DNA of 62,865 nt from a virus (lineage: Duplodnaviria; Caudoviricetes), in IMG/VR virus record IMGVR_UViG_3300034023_000183, positions 1 through 62,865 of that record. One strand, 5' to 3'. This document shows, in pieces, positions 20,088 to 29,561 of this stretch. The stretch's first letter is position 1. Every line of letters begins with the position of its first letter. The translations under genes and the position numbers were made by a program. Below the pieces are notes generated by a model that ran no database searches, was not told where the DNA came from, and saw only the letters and a program-made list of their open reading frames with translations.

Positions 20088-20328
20088 GCTCTTCTGATTT
20101 AAGTAACCACTGTCTAAATGCTCTCTGAACGTCGATCTGCTGCTCGACCACATCTGAGTCTGCCCCAGTCATAATCTTTGTGTCCAGTCGCCTAATATGA
20201 GCTATCAAGTTACCTACATGCACCTTGGCATCTCTCTTGAACCTTCCGCTGTCCACTAGGTCTTCTAGGAAGTCTGCTATCACTGGCAACACGCCAACGA
20301 CTGCTAATAGTTTTGTCTCTTCTTTCAT
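20065..20328 (-). CDS. Hypothetical protein
   Basis: ORF overlapping neighbours in operon. Confidence 0.45.
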   Translation of the reverse strand: MKEETKLLAVVGVLPVIADFLEDLVDSGRFKRDAKVHVGNLIAHIRRLDTKIMTGADSDVVEQQIDVQRAFRQWLLKSEEHETETEG

Positions 20329-21557
20329 AGCTTATAATCTTTCTTAAATACGTTTGTTGTATACTTCTTCTTACTCTTTACTACCTTGTATATCTTGTCC
20401 TCTATGCCGTCATCAGCGAACACCCAGAACACCTCGTTGTTGGGTCTGTCTATGGTGGTCATCCTGTCTATTGCTTGTAGGTAAGACACGGCCGAGTGCT
20501 GTATGTTGAAGAAGACAAGATAGTCTGCCAGCTTCAATGTGATGCCCTCTCGTCCAGATACAACTTGTAGTGCTATAGACTTGTCGGTAGAGTTGAACTC
20601 GTCAAGGTCTGTCGTCAGATCGTCACCGAAGACTTGCTTCAGTAGTGACAGCTCTTCCTTGAACACGTAGAAGATTCCTATCTTCTTACCAGCAAATTGG
20701 GACTTGATGAAGTCAGCCTTGGTTGTATCAAGGACCATCGAGTTACCAGATTCGAACTTGATGGTCCCAGAATACAACTGCATCATCTTTTGAAGCAACT
20801 TGGCAGGTGTATCACCAAGTATGACCTCATCCCTCCCCTCAACAACTAAATCCTTCAACAACTTGTCAGCTATAGCATAGGTCTGGTTCGACATTCTAAC
20901 ATGTAGGATTGTTTCCTTTATGATGGAAGCGAAGCCAGACTCCTGCTGAGTACGTCTCAAGACCAGATGACTGATGCCACCCATAATCTTGTCCTCGATA
21001 CCCTTGCTGTAGTCGTTGATTACGAACGAGTTAATCTTCTTTTGAGTAACATTAGCATAGTCGCCAGCCCACTTGTAGAAGTTTTTATAGCCAGCCCACG
21101 GGCTTCTGTTACTTATCCAGAACTGATGAAACACTTGGCAGAAGCTCTCTGGACACATTGTACCACTCAAGAAGATGATGGGCTTGTTGCCGTACTTTTC
21201 TTTCATGGTGCGTGCCAGAATCCCAGGCTTTGGGAATGCTGCTGCCTTGTGTGCCTCATCAAGTACAACAAGGTCGTAGTCGTTGTCCAGCTTGTGTGCC
21301 TGCTCATGATTCTCGATGGTGATGTTAAAACCAAAACCAAAATCATCATAGTCGGATCGTATGCTAGATAGTGCTCTCTTCTTCGTTAAGAACAAAACCC
21401 TCTTCGCATCAAACAGTCTACATATTTCCAACGCTGTAGCTGTCTTACCGCACCGAACCTCATAAGCTAGGTACACCAAGCCGAACTTACGGAGTATCTC
21501 TACTCCTTCGACTGCTCCTTGTCTCTGGTATTCTCTAAGAATCTTTTTTTCTCCCAT
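20325..21557 (-). CDS. SF2 (SNF2-like) helicase
   Basis: GKT, DEAH, LSGT, EGITL and QAIDR motifs. Confidence 0.85.
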   Translation of the reverse strand: MGEKKILREYQRQGAVEGVEILRKFGLVYLAYEVRCGKTATALEICRLFDAKRVLFLTKKRALSSIRSDYDDFGFGFNITIENHEQAHKLDNDYDLVVLDEAHKAAAFPKPGILARTMKEKYGNKPIIFLSGTMCPESFCQVFHQFWISNRSPWAGYKNFYKWAGDYANVTQKKINSFVINDYSKGIEDKIMGGISHLVLRRTQQESGFASIIKETILHVRMSNQTYAIADKLLKDLVVEGRDEVILGDTPAKLLQKMMQLYSGTIKFESGNSMVLDTTKADFIKSQFAGKKIGIFYVFKEELSLLKQVFGDDLTTDLDEFNSTDKSIALQVVSGREGITLKLADYLVFFNIQHSAVSYLQAIDRMTTIDRPNNEVFWVFADDGIEDKIYKVVKSKKKYTTNVFKKDYKL

Positions 21558-21892
21558 TCGTTAGGATTTACTTTTTTACATATAAGGATCATGTCCACCC
21601 AGTTATTCATCCACGCCTTGAACTTGTCATCCTCATCCCTATCTAGGTATGTGAAGGCTAGGTTCTTGAAGTGCTTCCTCGTCCGTATCAATGAACTTAT
21701 CGATAGGTCATCGTGGTTGTGGTACTTCATTATCGTGGATACAAAACCTACAAGAGCGATCCCGTCTGTATTTGATACTTGCTTACATGAGTGAACAAAC
21801 TTTTCGCATCCTTCAAGATTGGACAGCTCGCTCACTATGTACTCTTCTGCTTGCTCTGGCTCTAGACCAGAATTTAAAAACTTATGATACAT
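21500..21892 (-). CDS. Hypothetical protein
   Basis: ORF between primase and helicase. Confidence 0.45.
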   Translation of the reverse strand: MYHKFLNSGLEPEQAEEYIVSELSNLEGCEKFVHSCKQVSNTDGIALVGFVSTIMKYHNHDDLSISSLIRTRKHFKNLAFTYLDRDEDDKFKAWMNNWVDMILICKKVNPNEWEKKRFLENTRDKEQSKE

Positions 21893-24248
21893 AATTTATT
21901 TCTATTTGCTTTTTTGGTTCTACAAAGGTGATGGTCTTCCCCATCATGTTTCTTGCTTCCTTGAATGGACAACCGTACCTGTACATTGCATAGCTATGCA
22001 TCCATCTGTAGAACGTCCTGTGTGACAGCTTAATCTTACCCATTGGACCGTAGTCTGGGTACTGGTCACAGAAGTCGTTCATGATGTCTTGTGCCACATA
22101 CTCTATGTCTGCTCCAAGTTTGTACTTCATGTCATTCCCAAGTACCCACTCCCTAAACTCTGGCGATGTTGATGCCTCTAGCTTACGGATGGCAAGGTTC
22201 TTAAACGGTGACTCAATTAGACCTCTTTGTAGATACAACTGCAAGCATCCAATCATGTAGTTGTCAAACTTCAACCACTCCTCCTCTGTCCAGTCTGAGA
22301 ACAGCTGGTGTCCGAACTCGTCTGCTGGCGTGAACTCCTTGCGATAGTAATGAGCAAGTTCAAGCTCCCACTTCCTCCTCTCGTTCGAGTTACCAGACCC
22401 CTTCACCGCATAGTTTGTGGTGATGACAACCTTTGGCGACTCCTCGAATGGAATGTATATCTCTTGCTTGTTCTTCTTCTCTACCGTGATACCGTCAGTC
22501 ACAACCGAGAACAGCTTCTCGAAGTTGAAGTTCTTCTCGATATCTTGGAACGTCATTATCTGAGTATCTGCTGACACACGTTGATAGTTAAACGCCTTCT
22601 GGAACGAGAATCCTTTACCATCGATCGTCACGTTCTTTTTGATATAACTGAGTGCGGCTACAAAGATACCCTTACCAGTACCACCCTCTGGATTGTCTGA
22701 TATGGTCTCGTCATTCAGTATGACGGCAGGACAGAACTTAGCAGGCTTGAAGCTGTGTAGTAAGAAACCAATCGTAGACTCCATAGATAGGATTCGCTTT
22801 TCGTCATTGCCAGCGATGTTGTGGATGAACCTTCTGTACTCACAATCATCAACCGATGTCTTCACGAACTTCCTGTCTACCTTCTGGTTGGTCCAGATAT
22901 AACCGTTCAGCTCTGGGTAAGGTATCTGCTCTACCTTGTTTGAGCTTATGCGTAACGCACAGTTCTTGTAGTACAGGTAGCAGCTGTCCTTGTCATCCCT
23001 AATAACCTTTGGGTCAATCGTTGGCAACAGCGATAGGAACTCCTCCTTGCCTAGCTTGATCTTCTCTGCATAGGCATCATAGACCGACATGTCCTCGTTG
23101 TCATCTAGATACTCGAACACAAAGTCACGTATGCCATTGTCCGTAGTGTCTGCCATGATGTTGTTAAGTACACGGACAAACACGAAGTTCTGACTGTTGG
23201 ACGGGTAGTACTTATAGTAGCCATTCGCTGTCAAGAAGTCTCTATACTTATGGTTCACAAAGTCTACGCTACCTCTGTTGTTGCGTGTCCAGAAGTTGTC
23301 ACCCATTACCTTGTCTGTAATTGTCTCGATAATCTCATCAGTCACCTCTGGAATTATTTCCTTGATGACCTCAGCAGGTATAGACTTGGACAGCATGCCA
23401 GTCACTATGTTGACCTTCTCCTCGTCCTCGAACTTCTTAGTGTTGAAGTCTGCGGTGTTCCTGTATGCGGAACGAACTGCCGTTGTAATCTCTGATGCAG
23501 GGAAGTCCGACTGCTCGTATTCACATATAGAACTCAATGCGGTCTCGAAAGGAATGCCGTACTGGTTGTATGCGGCCGCAAGAATGAAGATATTCTTGTT
23601 GCGTGCGCCAGATACCAGACCATAGTCCTTGTTCCACCATCTCTTGAGATACTCTATGGTTTTGTTGTCGTCGTTGAGCGGAATGCTGATTTTCTTGGGT
23701 GTTGTACTGGTCTTTTCTTTAACCTTAGTCCATACATCAGATTCCTTGTCGATGTAAATGTTAGGATCGTAAGACTCGTAACACACACGACTAACATCAG
23801 AACAAGCCATATCAAAATTTGGACTGGCGTAATAATCAGCCAGTGCTTCAAAGTATCCCTTGTGATTTTTTTCATCTTGTGGTATTTTAACTAGAACCTT
23901 TAATCCATCTCCAGATGGAGAAATAAAACATGCGTAGGTGTAGCTGTCGAATTCAAGCTCAAATCTTTTTGATTCAAGCTCATCTTGATCCTTGAAGCCG
24001 TCAAAGTCTATGCACATGAACCCACTATGATGGATAAGTCCATCGGCTGAGCGTTTTGAGAAACTTCCAGAGAAACATACGGCAGGCAGTTTTTTCTTTA
24101 TTACATTCCTTTCTGCCTTCGTCTGAGTCCTCCTTACCTCCTCACAGATTTCCCTAGACTTACCACTCCTCACCCTCTCTAGAGCTGTGTCTATCGATAT
24201 GTGGAAAGGTCTGTCCGTCTTGTGTATACTCTCAAAAATAGTTACCAT
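21882..24248 (-). CDS. Primase-helicase (VirE_N/BT4734-like AEP, PriCT, SF3-like helicase)
   Basis: KKKLP..FSG, SG.MCIDFD, SPSGDGLK, D.SR.CY.S.DP, GARN, GGTGKG and ITTN motifs. Confidence 0.85.
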   Translation of the reverse strand: MVTIFESIHKTDRPFHISIDTALERVRSGKSREICEEVRRTQTKAERNVIKKKLPAVCFSGSFSKRSADGLIHHSGFMCIDFDGFKDQDELESKRFELEFDSYTYACFISPSGDGLKVLVKIPQDEKNHKGYFEALADYYASPNFDMACSDVSRVCYESYDPNIYIDKESDVWTKVKEKTSTTPKKISIPLNDDNKTIEYLKRWWNKDYGLVSGARNKNIFILAAAYNQYGIPFETALSSICEYEQSDFPASEITTAVRSAYRNTADFNTKKFEDEEKVNIVTGMLSKSIPAEVIKEIIPEVTDEIIETITDKVMGDNFWTRNNRGSVDFVNHKYRDFLTANGYYKYYPSNSQNFVFVRVLNNIMADTTDNGIRDFVFEYLDDNEDMSVYDAYAEKIKLGKEEFLSLLPTIDPKVIRDDKDSCYLYYKNCALRISSNKVEQIPYPELNGYIWTNQKVDRKFVKTSVDDCEYRRFIHNIAGNDEKRILSMESTIGFLLHSFKPAKFCPAVILNDETISDNPEGGTGKGIFVAALSYIKKNVTIDGKGFSFQKAFNYQRVSADTQIMTFQDIEKNFNFEKLFSVVTDGITVEKKNKQEIYIPFEESPKVVITTNYAVKGSGNSNERRKWELELAHYYRKEFTPADEFGHQLFSDWTEEEWLKFDNYMIGCLQLYLQRGLIESPFKNLAIRKLEASTSPEFREWVLGNDMKYKLGADIEYVAQDIMNDFCDQYPDYGPMGKIKLSHRTFYRWMHSYAMYRYGCPFKEARNMMGKTITFVEPKKQIEINYVS

Positions 24249-24263
24249 GAAAAGATTTTAATA

Positions 24264-24287
24264 GGGGCAGGCTGATTTACCTGCCCC
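24264..24287 (-). terminator. GC-rich hairpin (terminator or processing stem) between SSB and primase genes
   Basis: GGGGCAGG-N8-CCTGCCCC; weak U-tract. Confidence 0.45.
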
Positions 24288-24302
24288 GATGATTTTATTC
24301 AA

Positions 24303-24680
24303 TTAAAACGGAAGCTCCTCGTCATCTGACGTTGCTGTTGCTGTTGCAACTGGCATAGCAGGTGGTACAGCTACTGGTACTGGGCGTGGTGCAGATGAAG
24401 ATACAGCCTCTACACGGAATGCATCCAGCGTGTTGAACACCTTAATCTGTCCTGTCTTCGGGTCTGTCCACTCACGTCCCTTCAGACCGAACGACACCTC
24501 CACCTCTTGACCAACACCGATGGTGTCTAAAAGTGAACACTTGTCCTGTGCCATCTGGAACTGGATGACCTGTGGATACATCCCATCCTTTACCTCGATT
24601 ACGAACTCTCTCTTGCTGAACTTCTCAGTCACGTTGACTGTCGGTCCTACTGTCTTTACGACTCCTGTTGATTTGTACAT
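24303..24680 (-). CDS. DUF3127-like single-stranded DNA-binding protein
   Basis: F.KREFV...YPQ...V.V.F.L.GREW...FN.L.AF; acidic ELPF tail. Confidence 0.8.
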   Translation of the reverse strand: MYKSTGVVKTVGPTVNVTEKFSKREFVIEVKDGMYPQVIQFQMAQDKCSLLDTIGVGQEVEVSFGLKGREWTDPKTGQIKVFNTLDAFRVEAVSSSAPRPVPVAVPPAMPVATATATSDDEELPF

Positions 24681-24681
24681 A

Positions 24682-25440
24682 CTATTTATTTGTTAATTGA
24701 TTAAAATACTCATTCGCATATTCGAGTGCCATCTTCACACGTGACTCAATCTTCTTGATGTCATCGTCAGTCAACTCATACTCGACATATGTTATTCTGT
24801 GCTTCGGGTCAAGATGGTCTACATAGTGCAGGTCATCTTGTTCCCACTCTGGGATCAACTCCTCTGGTGTATTCATCAGCACGTATACCAGTCTGAACTT
24901 ACGCCAATCCTCACCAGTCATCTTACTCTTCATGTACAGATACAACTTACCTTGCCACTCATACGTGCTGTTGTCGATGAATCTAGGTAGCTTCGGGAAG
25001 GTCTTCTTGCTCCAAGAACACTTGATGTCTACGATCATCTTCTCGTCGTTGTCCTCGATGTCTGGATGACCTCCAAGTGGACCGTGTTTATAACTTACCT
25101 CTGCCTTGTTGAAGTTGGCGAACCATTGTGTGTTGAGGAAGTCAATAGCATACGACTCCATCATGATACCCTTCTTGGTCTCCTTGCTGTCGAACGTAGG
25201 TGTGTACTCATACACGTGCTGATCTACAAGCTCCTCGATGTGGGTCTTAGCACCCTTGGACAACTTTACCTCATCTCTCTTGGCTAACAGCTCGTTAACC
25301 TTAGCCTTCTGGATGTCTGTCAGCTTGTCTGTCGGCTTAGCCAACAACTTGTCAAACTCCTCTTGTTGCTTATCTGTTAAGCCGTCTTCTCCTAGGAACA
25401 ACGGGGCGGCCGTTGATGCACGAAATCTAATATCAAACAT
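24682..25440 (-). CDS. YqaJ/lambda-type PD-(D/E)xK exonuclease
   Basis: KG...E..A, GHPD, DIKCSW and YEWQ..LY motifs. Confidence 0.75.
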   Translation of the reverse strand: MFDIRFRASTAAPLFLGEDGLTDKQQEEFDKLLAKPTDKLTDIQKAKVNELLAKRDEVKLSKGAKTHIEELVDQHVYEYTPTFDSKETKKGIMMESYAIDFLNTQWFANFNKAEVSYKHGPLGGHPDIEDNDEKMIVDIKCSWSKKTFPKLPRFIDNSTYEWQGKLYLYMKSKMTGEDWRKFRLVYVLMNTPEELIPEWEQDDLHYVDHLDPKHRITYVEYELTDDDIKKIESRVKMALEYANEYFNQLTNK

Positions 25441-25443
25441 ATC

Positions 25444-25917
25444 TTATTGTGTTAGTTTACTCTTCTGTTCTGGTGTCAAGCTATACTTAGCCTCAATCTT
25501 TTCTACGGTCGTCTTACCTGCCATCACTGATGCGATAGCCTTCTCCATCTGTTCTTCTGGCATCATCGGTTTCTCTTGCTTAGGAAGAGGACGTGTGCTG
25601 AATCTCAACGCAGGGACGATACCCTCTGGCGATGACACGTGCTCCACTCCAAGTACAATCTGCTTGCCGATGTAGTCGTTGAAGTCGAATGATTGGAAGA
25701 ACTTCTCTAGTCTCTTGAAGTTAGTTCTGTTGACTACCATAGGCTTGTCGAACTCTCGAAGCTTAACGAACGGTCGTTGCTCCTTGCCTGCCTGTGAAGT
25801 AAACTCTCCTTGATATACGTTTTCGATCGTCACGATCACGGCTTCGTACTTACCGTCTCTCTCTAAACTATAGCTTCCGAGGTACTTCTCGTCACTAAAC
25901 ATTTGTCTCCAGTGCAT
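25444..25917 (-). CDS. Putative ssDNA-binding/annealing protein
   Basis: HWR....KYLG, KPM..N.TN...L and IGKQI motifs; adjacent to exonuclease. Confidence 0.5.
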   Translation of the reverse strand: MHWRQMFSDEKYLGSYSLERDGKYEAVIVTIENVYQGEFTSQAGKEQRPFVKLREFDKPMVVNRTNFKRLEKFFQSFDFNDYIGKQIVLGVEHVSSPEGIVPALRFSTRPLPKQEKPMMPEEQMEKAIASVMAGKTTVEKIEAKYSLTPEQKSKLTQ

Positions 25918-25929
25918 ATTAAATTTGAA

Positions 25930-26343
25930 TTATTGGGTTACAAAACTATTAAAATTTTCTGAAAGTTCAACATATCGGAACAATTTATTTCTTAAAGTTC
26001 CTCGTCTGCCTTCCAGCTCCTCACACAACTCGGTGTTTCCACGCTCCCTCTCAAGTGCTATCAAGGCATCAACCTTGCGTAGCCTCTCTTTATACGTGTC
26101 AATACACACGTTGTAACATCCAAGTTGCCAACCTTTTTCTGCGAACACCTCATACTGAGCATCCGTCACCTTCTTGTAGAAGTCACCACCTACCATTGCG
26201 TTGTTGATTTCTATCGAGCCGTCCTTCATCTGCTCAATCTTGACACCGTGGTCCATGTACCAGTGCGTGTCTGGGTTTCTTTCATCTCCAGTCCAGTACA
26301 ACGTGATGTACGGATCTTCTTCTAAGTCATTCCATGCTTTCAT
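25930..26343 (-). CDS. Hypothetical protein
   Basis: 137-aa ORF. Confidence 0.5.
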   Translation of the reverse strand: MKAWNDLEEDPYITLYWTGDERNPDTHWYMDHGVKIEQMKDGSIEINNAMVGGDFYKKVTDAQYEVFAEKGWQLGCYNVCIDTYKERLRKVDALIALERERGNTELCEELEGRRGTLRNKLFRYVELSENFNSFVTQ

Positions 26344-26354
26344 ATTATTATGAT

Positions 26355-26612
26355 TTAAAGTTCATCAAATTGTTTCTGTAACTCTTCCATTTCAACAGTT
26401 ACTAACTCTATCTCTTTTTCAATAGCTTCTTGCATTAGACTCCTATTTTTAAAATATAACTCTCCTCTTGTATTATGAGGACCAACAGTATAGCCTAATG
26501 TTATTTTTGATAAGCTATTACCTTTTGCATTATGTAACTTATTTCTATAAGTCTGCAATGAATCATATTTTTCTTTTAACTCTTTAGCTTTGGTGAACAT
26601 GTCATGTTTCAT
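26355..26612 (-). CDS. Hypothetical protein
   Basis: ORF; start uncertain. Confidence 0.4.
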   Translation of the reverse strand: MKHDMFTKAKELKEKYDSLQTYRNKLHNAKGNSLSKITLGYTVGPHNTRGELYFKNRSLMQEAIEKEIELVTVEMEELQKQFDEL

Positions 26613-26874
26613 CTCTCTTAAATTTAGGTGAACACCCCCATAGGATGGTGTTTTCAAATCTCTGTCTGTATATCTTTGGCACAGACCTAGAGTACTTATT
26701 CAATATCTTCATGAACTCTGGATGGTCCAGCTCATAGTTCATAAAGTCGATCAGCTTGCGACCATGCTCGTCTGTTGGTGCGTTGGCCATAAGCTCGTCA
26801 AAGTCTGCCGATGGTGTGGCTCGTGCATACAACTCCCTGTAGCAGTCGAGCAACTTGTCGTCAAAGTTTCTCAT
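26602..26874 (-). CDS. Hypothetical phage protein
   Basis: CYRELY..ATP.ADFDEL...GCSP. Confidence 0.5.
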   Translation of the reverse strand: MRNFDDKLLDCYRELYARATPSADFDELMANAPTDEHGRKLIDFMNYELDHPEFMKILNKYSRSVPKIYRQRFENTILWGCSPKFKRDET

Positions 26875-27068
26875 AGCCCGTACTTTTGATAGACATACTC
26901 ATTGTCCGACGGAACATCGTCCTGCCTGTAGGCATCTAGCTTGCCGTCATTGTAGGCCTTGTTTAAATTCTCTTTTTCCATGTCTATCGCCTTCTGTATC
27001 ACATCGTCCGATATATACAACTTGTGTGGCATCTGCGATAGAAACCATTCTACTGATGTTTGTTTCAT
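26871..27068 (-). CDS. Hypothetical Bacteroidota-phage protein
   Basis: MKQT.VEW...A..MEKE...AY.DG. Confidence 0.5.
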   Translation of the reverse strand: MKQTSVEWFLSQMPHKLYISDDVIQKAIDMEKENLNKAYNDGKLDAYRQDDVPSDNEYVYQKYGL

Positions 27069-27254
27069 TTCTATTTAGTTTAAGTCCTAATTTTTGCCAC
27101 ATATCCTATATAGCAATGTAATTAATAGTGCGCCAAAAGTATATCTTATTTGATAGTTTTGGCCACTTATGTCAAGTTTTATGCTCAATAAACTTGAATA
27201 ATATGCAATTACGTATAATTCACCTCGTTTTGCATATTTTATATGTTTTTCCAT

Positions 27255-27452
27255 CTAATTAAGTCTTTTTCTCTTATAGTCCTCAATCTCCTTAGTGTAC
27301 ACATACTCGTAATACTCCTTGCGTGAGCTACTCACCGTGCTGTCCTCAGCCCAGTCTGTCGGCCTTTCAAACCTATACCTCGGCCGAACGTCAGCCCTGC
27401 TATCCTCTCTAACGAACAGCAGGGCTATCATAATTATCAGACTAACGACCAT
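27255..27452 (-). CDS. Small membrane-anchored hypothetical protein
   Basis: Hydrophobic N-terminus. Confidence 0.4.
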   Translation of the reverse strand: MVVSLIIMIALLFVREDSRADVRPRYRFERPTDWAEDSTVSSSRKEYYEYVYTKEIEDYKRKRLN

Positions 27453-27891
27453 GCTCCTTCAAATACAAGTCAATCACTCGCTTGGTCTTCTCAAGATCAG
27501 ACGTAAACTGACCCTTGCTTCGACACCTTACGACCCTCTTGATGATGTCGAACTCCCATGCGTTCAGCTTGTGGTCCTCGGCAAACTTGTACAACGAGCC
27601 GTTGCTGTTGTCGTAGTGCTTGTCGTGAATGTCATCGTGCGTCTTGTTTATCTTGAACTGAAAGAAGTCTCCAAACAGGTCTGCACTTTCAGTCGATGGG
27701 TCTCGCATCTGAACTTCAAGTATGTCCAAGAACCGCATCGGTAATTCTTCACAATCACACTTTGGAATTGATCGCTGTCCAGACCTATAGCTCACAAAAT
27801 ACTTGTCGTCGTTCTCAATGAGAACATCAAAAACATCTCCCTCGTGGCATATATACCAGTTACGAGCGTTTACTATTTTTACTTTCTTCAT
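27442..27891 (-). CDS. DUF3310-like protein
   Basis: HY...F..IKR..R...KG....DLEK...I. Confidence 0.6.
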   Translation of the reverse strand: MKKVKIVNARNWYICHEGDVFDVLIENDDKYFVSYRSGQRSIPKCDCEELPMRFLDILEVQMRDPSTESADLFGDFFQFKINKTHDDIHDKHYDNSNGSLYKFAEDHKLNAWEFDIIKRVVRCRSKGQFTSDLEKTKRVIDLYLKEHGR

Positions 27892-27990
27892 AACTTATCA
27901 AATACAGTTTTTAATTTCTTGGGCTTGTCTACAGCACCATACCAATCTAGAATCTTTCCGTCTGGATATACCGTAGTACGGATGCGTAAC

Positions 27991-28203
27991 TTAGGCTTCT
28001 CTGCCTCCTTCTTCTTTTTGAACCAATTCATAATGTTCTCTAGCTATTAAGTACGCCACGTCCAACATGTACATATGCTGATCAATAGCGAACGGGTTAT
28101 TAAAAATTACATTTACATTCACTCCCTTCTGCTCAAAGATGTACCTCTGAACCAAGGCTACCTTCTCCTCAATCGGTGGTATGGATATATACTCCGTCCT
28201 CAT
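27991..28203 (-). CDS. Hypothetical protein
   Basis: ORF in operon. Confidence 0.4.
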   Translation of the reverse strand: MRTEYISIPPIEEKVALVQRYIFEQKGVNVNVIFNNPFAIDQHMYMLDVAYLIAREHYELVQKEEGGREA

Positions 28204-28390
28204 TCAATTCAAAATTACCATGGACGTTGAATATAAGTTGTACCCCATCAAAGGTCAACCACTTAGCATACATGCCGTCCATGTTCATGAAAATAATCTC
28301 TCCCAATGCTGACTTCTCTCCGTCAACTGGTCCGAACTCCAAACCCTCTATGATGCACCTAGCACCACTCGGCAATTCATATAGCTTCAT
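28169..28390 (-). CDS. Hypothetical phage protein
   Basis: Likely start MKLYEL; F..MDGMY motif. Confidence 0.5.
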   Translation of the reverse strand: MKLYELPSGARCIIEGLEFGPVDGEKSALGEIIFMNMDGMYAKWLTFDGVQLIFNVHGNFELNEDGVYIHTTD

Positions 28391-28614
28391 ACGTACATGT
28401 TTACAAATAATACAACAGCCACACATGTAAATATAATACCAACACTTACACCTACAGTGAACCCATCTTGGAATCCCCAAGTACTCTCGTTCTTCTTGTA
28501 TTCTTCAGCGACACGTCTAAAATGATCAAGGTACTGCTGACCTTCCTTCGTGTGCTCATCCAATCGACTCATCTCGTCGATGTGGTCAATCATTCTGTCC
28601 ATCTGTGTTTTCAT
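28387..28614 (-). CDS. Hypothetical protein with C-terminal TM helix
   Basis: Hydrophobic C-terminus. Confidence 0.45.
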   Translation of the reverse strand: MKTQMDRMIDHIDEMSRLDEHTKEGQQYLDHFRRVAEEYKKNESTWGFQDGFTVGVSVGIIFTCVAVVLFVNMYV

Positions 28615-28764
28615 CTCTCTTAATTTTTAAAGTATAACTGAACCATTACCAAGATGGATAGGTAACACACCACCACCACAGGTACTTTTAATACGTTGTT
28701 CCGACCTAACGCCACACCGACCATCAGTGCGAACGTCAATACAATTGCTAGGATAATCATCTAG

Positions 28765-28968
28765 TTAGTTTAAATAAATTTCCTCGATGTCTATCATGAA
28801 GACCAACCTGCTCACACCAACGACCTCCCACGTGTCGTCATCCATATACTCCGATAGGAATACGTTGATTGCCATTGCCAACTGCTGAAAGTCGTCGGCT
28901 GCGAAGTTAAACACCATCACCAATGGCGTGTTCTTCTTTTCTTTTACTAATACTCTGTACTTCTTCAT
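28765..28968 (-). CDS. Hypothetical protein
   Basis: ORF just downstream of the tRNA. Confidence 0.45.
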   Translation of the reverse strand: MKKYRVLVKEKKNTPLVMVFNFAADDFQQLAMAINVFLSEYMDDDTWEVVGVSRLVFMIDIEEIYLN

Positions 28969-28984
28969 AACATTTGATTTTTAG

Positions 28985-29058
28985 TGGACCATGCAGGGAT
29001 CGAACCTGCGACCTTCTGATTATGAGTCAGATGCTCTGACCTATTGAGCTAATGGTCC
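28985..29058 (-). tRNA. tRNA with CAT anticodon, probably tRNA-Ile2 (lysidine) rather than Met
   Basis: GGACCAT TAGCTCAATAGGTCAGAGC A TCTGA CTCATAA TCAGA AGGTC GCAGG TTCGATC CCTGC ATGGTCC A; GACTCATAATC is typical of Ile2; CCA not encoded. Confidence 0.9.
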
Positions 29059-29125
29059 AAATGCCACACTCCCGTAGTGGCCCACCTTACCTAACTAACC
29101 ATAAACACAACATGAAAACATGTTG

Positions 29126-29173
29126 TCGATAGGGGAGGAATCGAACCTCCTACAGACCGTCGTCTACCTATCG
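29126..29173 (-). ncRNA. tRNA-like minihelix RNA (acceptor stem + T arm + one hairpin)
   Basis: CGATAGG TAGAC-GACG-GTCTG TA GGAGG-TTCGATT-CCTCC CCTATCG A. Confidence 0.6.
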
Positions 29174-29227
29174 ATTGTCCAGTTTATGACGCAATAAACT
29201 GGACTTTATTCACCATGAAAACCTTTC

Positions 29228-29285
29228 GTGGTAAGGGGTTGACTCGAACCCGACTACGCTGTGTCTACCATTCCACCACATGAGC
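29228..29285 (-). pseudogene. Degenerate tRNA-Leu-like remnant without anticodon arm
   Basis: GCTCATGTGGTGGAATGGTAGACAC (Leu-type D arm) followed by GGTTCGAGTC; acceptor stem does not pair. Confidence 0.45.
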
Positions 29286-29289
29286 AATG

Positions 29290-29297
29290 CAAATATA
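29290..29297 (-). promoter_or_regulatory. -7 box TATATTTG driving the tRNA cluster
   Basis: 5 nt upstream of the Leu-like 5' end. Confidence 0.55.
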
Positions 29298-29303
29298 GGT
29301 AAC

Positions 29304-29561
29304 CTATATCTCTTTCACAACTTTATACATTACTTTTTTTGCTATGCCAGTCGTTCGATGCTGGAACACAGCCATGGCTCTCTGCCGATTAATCTCATCC
29401 TGTATCTCCATGCTGACCTGTAGGTTGGTCAACACCAAGGTCACGACAAACGACAATGGTACAAGAAGGACCAAGAACACCAACGGTGCGCCAATCATCC
29501 CGAATAACAGCCCCAACCCCAGTGAGACCGTTGTGCTGAAATATGTTACAAGAAACTTCAT
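29304..29561 (-). CDS. Small membrane protein (2 TM)
   Basis: Long hydrophobic N-terminal half. Confidence 0.5.
   Translation of the reverse strand: MKFLVTYFSTTVSLGLGLLFGMIGAPLVFLVLLVPLSFVVTLVLTNLQVSMEIQDEINRQRAMAVFQHRTTGIAKKVMYKVVKEI

Noticed and set aside
28960-29125. HDV-like theta ribozyme next to the tRNA
   Set aside because: I could not build the nested double pseudoknot; the 3' trailer is a short A-rich spacer
28985-29285. tRNA fragments as attP/integration site
   Set aside because: No integrase recognisable, and the fragments are not duplicates of the tRNA 3' end
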